DNA of 64,000 nucleotides. Source: an uncultured Candidatus Saccharibacteria bacterium (GTDB taxonomy: Bacteria > Patescibacteriota > Saccharimonadia > CAILAD01 > BJGX01). Positions 58,066 through 64,000 of this stretch are shown one piece after another. Each line of letters begins with the position of its first letter. Position 1 is the stretch's first letter. The stretch is taken from positions 141,531-205,530 of the forward strand of contig CAZSVP010000003.1 of the NCBI GenBank assembly GCA_964610335.1, read 5' to 3'. Made by a program: the position numbers and the translations under genes. Under the pieces are notes generated by a model, which had not been told where the DNA came from, made no database searches, and was given only the letters and a program-made list of their open reading frames with translations.

Positions 58066-59496
58066 TCAGAGGATCTCGCCAGGGCTGTAGCGAGCTGCCT
58101 CTGGGTACTTGGCCATCACCGGCTCGATCGAGCGCACGAAGTTGCCCACCTGCGCTACCGCTACACCGGTCATCTCGATCGGATTGGCCAATGCTTCGCG
58201 CAGATCGGCCAGCTCGACGCACTGCATGTTGGGATCAGCCGCTATCCGTTCCAGCAGATCGTTGGGCAGACCCCCAACTTCTCGCTGTGCCATCTTGAGT
58301 GCCAAGGCATGCTCCTTGATGACCTCGTGGGCCTTCTCACGACCCATGCCGGCACGAACCGCGGCCATCAACAGCTTGGTAGTGCCCAGGTACGGCAGTT
58401 GCTCGCGCAACTCGGTCTGAATCATGGCCGGAAAGAATCCGAACTCATCGAGCACCGTGAGCCAGGTCTGGTAGAGCCCATCGAGGGCGAAGAACGAGTC
58501 CGGAAGCACCACGCGGCGAATCACGCTGCAGCTCACGTCGCCCTCGAACCAGGTGTCGCCAGCCAGCTCGTTGGCCATGGTGACATGACCGCGCAGCGTG
58601 CACTGCAGCGCACGGATGCGCTCACAGCTACGAGAGTTTTCCTTGTGCGGCATGGCGCTGCTACCGGTCTGGCCAGGTTTGAAACCCTCGCTAGCCAAGC
58701 CCAGACCCGACATCAACCGAATCATCTGAGCAAAGTTGCCGGCTGGCGCTGCCAGTAGCAATAGCAGCTCGACCACCTCGGAGTCGTAGCTACGTGGATA
58801 GACCTGCCCCACCGAGTTCATCGACTCGGCAAAGCCGAGATGCTCGGCAATCCGCCGTTCCAGCTCCACCACGTCATCTGGGTTGCTCAGCAGATCCAAC
58901 TGATCCTGCTGAGTACCAACCGGACCCTTGATACCACGCAACTGGTAGTGCTCGATCACATACTCGAGCTTGTCCAGGAAGTGCAGCAGCTCCTCGCCGA
59001 TGGTGGCGATTCGCTTGCCCACCGTGGTGGGCTGAGCTGGCACGAAGTGACTGCGTCCGGCGATCACCACACCAACGTAGTTGGTGGCTGACTCACCCAA
59101 GCGAGCCAGCGCTGCCACCACACGGATGCGGATCAGCTTGAGACTCCGCAGCACCTGCATCTGCTCGACGTTGTCGGTCAGGTCACGGCTGGTCATACCC
59201 TTGTGCAGGTGCTCATGGCCAGCCAGCGCGCAGAACTCCTCGATCCGCGCCTTCACGTCGTGGCGGGTGCGGCGCTCGCGAGTGGCGATGGACTCGAGAT
59301 CCACCTGATCGATGACGGCTTCGTAGGCCTCGATCACGCCATCGGGCACATCCACACCCAAATTCTTCTGGGCGCGCAGTACGGCCAGCCAGAGCTCGCG
59401 CTCCATGATCACCTTCTGCCGTTCACCCCAAACCTCACGCACCTCCTCGGAGGCGTAGCGCATGGCCAGGACATTGCTGATTTCAGTGATGGCCAC
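58066..59496 (-). CDS. purB: adenylosuccinate lyase (actinobacterial-like)
   Basis: RYAS, RHDVKARIEEF, HKGMTSRD, GSSAMPHKEN signature. Confidence 0.93.
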   Translation of the reverse strand: MAITEISNVLAMRYASEEVREVWGERQKVIMERELWLAVLRAQKNLGVDVPDGVIEAYEAVIDQVDLESIATRERRTRHDVKARIEEFCALAGHEHLHKGMTSRDLTDNVEQMQVLRSLKLIRIRVVAALARLGESATNYVGVVIAGRSHFVPAQPTTVGKRIATIGEELLHFLDKLEYVIEHYQLRGIKGPVGTQQDQLDLLSNPDDVVELERRIAEHLGFAESMNSVGQVYPRSYDSEVVELLLLLAAPAGNFAQMIRLMSGLGLASEGFKPGQTGSSAMPHKENSRSCERIRALQCTLRGHVTMANELAGDTWFEGDVSCSVIRRVVLPDSFFALDGLYQTWLTVLDEFGFFPAMIQTELREQLPYLGTTKLLMAAVRAGMGREKAHEVIKEHALALKMAQREVGGLPNDLLERIAADPNMQCVELADLREALANPIEMTGVAVAQVGNFVRSIEPVMAKYPEAARYSPGEIL

Positions 59497-59575
59497 TGTG
59501 GCCTCCTCTTTGTCAATGCCTACAATAAGTAGACGGTACGAACAACAAAAGCGGCATCATGCCGCCTTGTACATT

Positions 59576-59616
59576 AGTATATGAGTATTGCTAGTCCAGA
59601 TCAAATTTGGTAAACT
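59576..59616. promoter_or_regulatory. overlapping divergent purB/purD promoters
   Basis: + strand TTGCTA-N17-TAAACT (59588-59616); - strand TTGATC-N17-TATACT (59604-59576). Confidence 0.6.
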
Positions 59617-59654
59617 CACCGAGACCTCGACAACTGAATAGAAAGGCAGTCGTC

Positions 59655-61025
59655 ATGACGCCAACCAAACCAATCCTGCCCGTCAATGCTCGCATCGTGG
59701 TAGTCGGCAATGGTGGCCGCGAGGCCGCATTGGCTCGCCGACTTCGTCAAGACAGCCCGGAACGCGTGGTACATGTGGTGCCAGGCCGTGAGGGTTGCAT
59801 CCTTGGCTCCGAACCGCTTGATGGACGAAGCTTGCTCGACGTTTGTCTGAACCTCGAAGCTGATCTGTACGTGATCGGACCTGAAGCCCCATTGGTCGAC
59901 GGCCTGGCCGACGACTTGCGCAAGCAAGACAAGCTGGTGATCGGCCCTGGTGCCGACGGTGCCCAGCTCGAGGGCAGCAAGATCTGGATGAAGCAGCTGC
60001 TCGACGATGCAGGTGTGCCGACTGCCGCCTGGCAGGAGGGCGGCTTCGCCGAGATCGAAGACCTGCTGGAGTTCATCAACTACCTCGGCGGCAGCGCAGT
60101 AGTCAAGACCGACTACCTGGCTGCTGGCAAAGGTGTGGGGGTGTTTCACAACGACGCCGACGCCGCTGGTCGCGATGCCATACAGAAGACCGGCCCGCTC
60201 GAGTCAGGGCGCCGCGTGGTGGTCGAAGAAGTGATGGAAGGCGAAGAACTCTCAATGTTCTTCCTATGTGATGGTCAGCGTGCCGTCTTCTGCGGCTCAG
60301 CCCAGGACTACAAGTACCTAATCAAGGATGGTGTGAGCTACATGACCGGCGGTGTCGGCAGCTATTCACCCGTCGAGTGGCATACGCCCAAGCTGATCGA
60401 CATGGTAACCACCAACATCGCGCAACCGACGCTCAAGGCCTTACAGGCACGCGGCATCGACTACCGCGGCTTCCTGTTCTGCGGGCTGATGTTGACGCAG
60501 GACGGACCCAAGGTGCTGGAGTACAACATCCGCTTCGGAGATCCGGAGGCGCAGGCGGTGCTGCCACGCATCATCGGCGACTTCGGCCAGATGCTCTACG
60601 AAGCCGCCCATGGCCAGCTCACCAGCCCGGTGCAGCTCGACGATCGTGCTGCAGTGTGTGTGGTGGCCTGTGGTCGCGACTACCCGGCCGCCAGCCAGCT
60701 CGACGCTCTGATCAGCTGGCAAGCCGGTGTCGATTACGACGGCGAGCACGCCTACCGCCTACATGCCGGCACCCGCGAGGCGCCTCATGCCATGATCGCC
60801 ACCGATGGTGGTCGGGTGCTCAACTTCGTCGGTCTTGGCAGTCGTGTGTCGACAGCCCGGCGTCGTGCCTACAAGCTGGCACGCTCCGTCGAGTGGGATG
60901 GCATGGTGCTGCCCAACTACATCGCAGCCGAAGCGGCTCTCATCTCTGGTGATGAAGCACAGGCACAAAAGCAAGAGATGGCACAACGACGAGCAGCGCT
61001 AGCAACCAAAATCGATGCCGACTGA
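59655..61025 (+). CDS. purD: phosphoribosylamine--glycine ligase
   Basis: GNGGRE, IGPEAPL, LEGSK, LAAGKGV, EYNIRFGDPE, GGRVL; GAAAGG RBS before ATG 59655. Confidence 0.92.
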   Translation: MTPTKPILPVNARIVVVGNGGREAALARRLRQDSPERVVHVVPGREGCILGSEPLDGRSLLDVCLNLEADLYVIGPEAPLVDGLADDLRKQDKLVIGPGADGAQLEGSKIWMKQLLDDAGVPTAAWQEGGFAEIEDLLEFINYLGGSAVVKTDYLAAGKGVGVFHNDADAAGRDAIQKTGPLESGRRVVVEEVMEGEELSMFFLCDGQRAVFCGSAQDYKYLIKDGVSYMTGGVGSYSPVEWHTPKLIDMVTTNIAQPTLKALQARGIDYRGFLFCGLMLTQDGPKVLEYNIRFGDPEAQAVLPRIIGDFGQMLYEAAHGQLTSPVQLDDRAAVCVVACGRDYPAASQLDALISWQAGVDYDGEHAYRLHAGTREAPHAMIATDGGRVLNFVGLGSRVSTARRRAYKLARSVEWDGMVLPNYIAAEAALISGDEAQAQKQEMAQRRAALATKIDAD

Positions 61026-61048
61026 GCAAGTCGAGCAGTAGGCCGAAT

Positions 61049-61095
61049 GAGCCTTCAACGAGAGTCTTTGACTTCTATGTTGGAGGCTCTTGTTG
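61049..61095 (+). terminator. intrinsic terminator-like hairpin
   Basis: GAGCCTTCAAC...GTTGGAGGCTC then TTGTT. Confidence 0.55.
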
Positions 61096-61102
61096 TAATT
61101 AT

Positions 61103-61348
61103 TTACTTGGTTGGTTTAGTTTGGGCTGCATAATTGATCTGTTCTATAAAGTCACCTATCCACGGTACCCCACCCAGGTAGCGTAAAGCCAAACTAAGTA
61201 ACACTATAAATACCGCTACACCAATCACACCGCCAATACCACGCCAGAATCCTATCCACAGATTTAACTTCATGAGTTTCTTCTTGTTGTGTGTGAGTTC
61301 TACCAGTCTTTGTAATGCAACTGCTTCCGATGTCTTGGGATCTTTCAT
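61103..61348 (-). CDS. small membrane protein (DUF5665-like)
   Basis: NLWIGFWRGIGGVIG...VPWIG. Confidence 0.7.
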   Translation of the reverse strand: MKDPKTSEAVALQRLVELTHNKKKLMKLNLWIGFWRGIGGVIGVAVFIVLLSLALRYLGGVPWIGDFIEQINYAAQTKPTK

Positions 61349-61843
61349 CTAGTTTTTCTCCATATGTAGTTTTATCCACTTGGCTCCATCACAGAGATAA
61401 TAGGCCATAATATTGAGCTCTTCAAAACTAGGTAAATCAAACTGTTCGGCAATGGATGCAAGGTCATTGATGGCCACCTCGGTGTCGACCAACGAAAACA
61501 CCACTACAGTAGGTATACTATAACGACGCCAATGGTCAAACAGTTTATTACTGAGAAACGAGACTATCTGTTGAGTACGCTCTGCAACTGGAAGATTTGC
61601 TGGCACCTGTACTGCGCAAAGTTCACGCTCAAAGTAGCACTCGGCGCTAGCCTGATTGTCAGAGATTATTACACTTTCAAAGCCAAGTTCCTGACCTTCT
61701 GATATATATACCAGGTCCGGGTTCTCTTCAAATCTTTCAAACTGATAGCTAGCGTAGTCTGAGCAAATACCTATAAACTGGTCAACTAAATCTTTCTCGC
61801 GATGCTTTTTTTGAGATATGTTGGTTATAGCATTGGGCTTCAT
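61349..61843 (-). CDS. hypothetical protein
   Basis: 164-aa ORF in an operon; ENPDL...GFE suggests a possible PD-(D/E)xK-like core. Confidence 0.6.
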   Translation of the reverse strand: MKPNAITNISQKKHREKDLVDQFIGICSDYASYQFERFEENPDLVYISEGQELGFESVIISDNQASAECYFERELCAVQVPANLPVAERTQQIVSFLSNKLFDHWRRYSIPTVVVFSLVDTEVAINDLASIAEQFDLPSFEELNIMAYYLCDGAKWIKLHMEKN

Positions 61844-61851
61844 AGATAGTA

Positions 61852-62259
61852 TTATTGGTCACCGTGCTCTGCAGCTTCAGCTGCTTCAGCATCGGCCTTA
61901 GTCCGGTGAATAGTACCTTCAGGATGGTTGGGCGGAGCATAGATAGAGTACAGCTTGAGTGACTCACTACCACGGTTGACTACATTGTGCCAAGTTCCTG
62001 CTGGAATAATAAGCGCCATATCTGCCTTGAGCTCACCTACTTCCTTCATGGCATCTTCACTCTCTCCAAGTAACACTGTGCCACTACCGGCCTCAGCTCG
62101 TAAAAACTGATCGACGTGTGGGTGTACTTCGAGTCCGACATCCTCACCGGGCTTGATATCCATTACAGTAAGCTGCAAATGCTTGCCGGTAAACAGTGTC
62201 GTTCGGAATGTTTCATTCTTGATGGTCTCATCTTCGATATTGCCAAGATAGTGTTTCAT
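61852..62259 (-). CDS. cupin domain protein
   Basis: EVHPHVDQF, PAGTWHN, YSIYAPPNH. Confidence 0.9.
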   Translation of the reverse strand: MKHYLGNIEDETIKNETFRTTLFTGKHLQLTVMDIKPGEDVGLEVHPHVDQFLRAEAGSGTVLLGESEDAMKEVGELKADMALIIPAGTWHNVVNRGSESLKLYSIYAPPNHPEGTIHRTKADAEAAEAAEHGDQ

Positions 62260-62333
62260 ATATTCTCCTTCGTGAGTGTTATCGCCAGATATCTAGCGTT
62301 GATATTAGTATACCAAACATCGATGATTTCTTC

Positions 62334-62478
62334 TTGCTAATTACACTGCTTCATTGTATAATCCTAGTCAAGCGGGTTCTTACCCCTATCACGCCCCGGA
62401 CGAGCAGCTTGCTAAGGTCAGAGAGTGAGTTAGTAAGAGGTCGTCCCGCCGTGATAAAGATAAGAAGGTAGAAAAAAT
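62334..62478 (+). promoter_or_regulatory. promoter and structured 5' leader of the RRM protein gene
   Basis: TTGCTA-N17-TATAAT (62334-62362); rod-like hairpin at 62387-62456. Confidence 0.65.
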
Positions 62479-62730
62479 ATGTCTTTCAAGATTTATGTTG
62501 GCAACCTAGCCTACGCTACCGACGATGCTGGTCTCAAAGCCGCCTTTGAAGAGCACGGTACTGTCGAAAGCGCTTCTGTTGTCTTGGACAAATACACAGG
62601 CCGCTCACGCGGTTTTGGTTTTGTCGAGATGGCTAACCAAGAAGAAGGTGAAGCTGCTGTCAAAGCTATGGACGGAAAAGAACTCGATGGTCGCGAACTA
62701 CGCGTCAACGAAGCTCGTCCTAAAGAATAA
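62479..62730 (+). CDS. RRM RNA-binding protein
   Basis: IYVGNL (RNP2), RGFGFVEM (RNP1), VNEARP. Confidence 0.95.
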   Translation: MSFKIYVGNLAYATDDAGLKAAFEEHGTVESASVVLDKYTGRSRGFGFVEMANQEEGEAAVKAMDGKELDGRELRVNEARPKE

Positions 62731-62749
62731 GACTTAAGTCTTAAACTTC

Positions 62750-62777
62750 AAAAACAGACCCTCATGGGTCTGTTTTT
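62750..62777. terminator. bidirectional intrinsic terminator
   Basis: AAAAACAGACCC-TCAT-GGGTCTGTTTTT between convergent genes. Confidence 0.8.
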
Positions 62778-62781
62778 GTAT

Positions 62782-63246
62782 TTAGGCCAACTTGGGACGC
62801 TTAACAGGTTTCTGTAACCCTAGTTTCATCACCTCGCCCAGGATCCGATCGCATTCATCTTCGAGAAGATCATAATCAAAGTTGGGATGTTTACTAATTA
62901 CTTGTTGCTTGATATAGCTTAATGCTTCTGGATAATCATGTTTGTAGCGATCCATTAACTGTTTCCAGGCAAAACCCTTGAGGTAGCTCGCCAATTTCTT
63001 GTCGTATTTGATTACCCCCAGATCAAGTAATAACGCGATTGAAGGATGTGCCAAATAGCCCTGCCAATAACTACCGGAATCGTTTGAGGATATTATATTG
63101 TGTGTCGGGTCATATTCGACGTTATAGAACTTCTTACGATCCGACGAGTAGACCTTGGCTGTATTACCACTGCGCTCTATGCGGCCGTCGGCTAGGATTG
63201 CCAGTGCCTCGTAGACTTTAGCAATATTTGGCTTCTTCCAATTCAT
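62782..63246 (-). CDS. conserved-looking hypothetical protein
   Basis: WKKP..AKVYEAL, SNDSGSYWQGYL; ATG 63246 lies 6 nt after TATTAT. Confidence 0.7.
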   Translation of the reverse strand: MNWKKPNIAKVYEALAILADGRIERSGNTAKVYSSDRKKFYNVEYDPTHNIISSNDSGSYWQGYLAHPSIALLLDLGVIKYDKKLASYLKGFAWKQLMDRYKHDYPEALSYIKQQVISKHPNFDYDLLEDECDRILGEVMKLGLQKPVKRPKLA

Positions 63247-63307
63247 AGTTACATAATAGCAAAACCACCCAACAAATGGGTGGTTTCGATAGTTATATGA
63301 CATTCAA

Positions 63308-63772
63308 TTACTTAAGTCTGTGCATTGGGCCATGATCGCCTCTATGGCCTAGTGGGCCACGTAATGCGAAAGGTTCAGGTATGTGATTGTCCTCGGCCCA
63401 TTTCTTCAACTCATCGTGCTTTTGCTTCATAGCATCTCGTCGCTCTTGAGGAGATTTGTCCTTGAGACTATCTCTAAAACTCTGCATCTCTGCCGCTTTG
63501 GCCAGTATCATACCTTTTTGTTCTGTTGTCAGCTTACCTTCTTTGATAGCCTGGTCAAGCCGTTCTGTTAGCTTTTGTAGCCGATCAGCTTGATTCTGCT
63601 GATGATGCTCTTGTCTAAACTGTTGCATCTGCTCATGCTTGATACCAAACTTTGCCGCCAAGTCTTGCAAAAAATTGCCAGCATGTGCCTGTGGTGCAGA
63701 TACACTTACCAAGGCCAAGCTGGCCAGCGCTACCACACTACTAGTAATAATTACTGCTTTGCGATTTGCCAT
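63308..63772 (-). CDS. secreted helical protein
   Basis: Signal peptide ending AHA; RLDQAIKEGKLTTEQK. Confidence 0.72.
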   Translation of the reverse strand: MANRKAVIITSSVVALASLALVSVSAPQAHAGNFLQDLAAKFGIKHEQMQQFRQEHHQQNQADRLQKLTERLDQAIKEGKLTTEQKGMILAKAAEMQSFRDSLKDKSPQERRDAMKQKHDELKKWAEDNHIPEPFALRGPLGHRGDHGPMHRLK

Positions 63773-64000
63773 ATATTTCAGTCCCCTTGTTTTTAGTTGC
63801 AGTTATTAATACAGAGTATTGCCGTGAATGTGACACATATTTTCTAATACTATATCAGCCCATCAAGGTTGCGAGCTTACGTACGGTATTTACATTGCGC
63901 ACTGTCATCATTTTGTATATCTTAGTACCAATTAGCTTAACCTCATTACCCTTAGTGACATTCTGCCGAGCGGTATTCCACACCAAAACGCCGTGAATAT

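Noticed and set aside
57572-60986. Long antisense and overlapping ORFs (57572-58039, 58006-58758, 59616-60149, 60377-60952; likewise 32374-32874)
   Set aside because: Shadow ORFs expected from stop-poor GC-rich genes whose real frames carry clear motifs

Overview
A 64-kb chromosomal segment that looks like a Patescibacteria (CPR), probably Saccharimonadia-like, genome. This is inferred from the short MraZ, reduced dcw cluster, alpha2-type GlyRS, short archaeal-type AspRS, the sigma70-region4/HARE-HTH protein and the DUF87/TraD-like ATPase. Core genes include gltX, nrdAB with tandem NrdR boxes, tRNA-Glu(CUC), Ku-ligD, aspS-scpA-scpB-rluB-dac-der-pth, dprA-topA, mraZ-rsmH-ftsL-ftsI-mraY-ftsW-murG-ftsQ, glyQS-recO and an ahpC/sod/bcp cluster. 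Gene orientation flips from mostly + to mostly - at about 39.3-39.8 kb, where a dif-like site lies. The most unusual signals are non-coding. (1) A 710-bp gap before dprA appears to hold two convergent structured RNAs, each with its own promoter: about 415 nt on + and about 175 nt on -, the latter exposing an anti-Shine-Dalgarno loop complementary to the nrdA RBS and to sites in the dcw mRNA. (2) A roughly 240-nt pseudoknotted element, closed by a 21-position helix, lies between mraZ and rsmH, and an unannotated 23-aa ORF follows rsmH. (3) Small low-GC genes are separated by remnants of a tRNA-Asn-like 3' end. Also notable are an NrdA without the C-terminal redox cysteines, GC-rich actinobacterial-like purB/purD genes, and widespread leaderless gene starts. 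All structures were folded by eye and no database searches were run.
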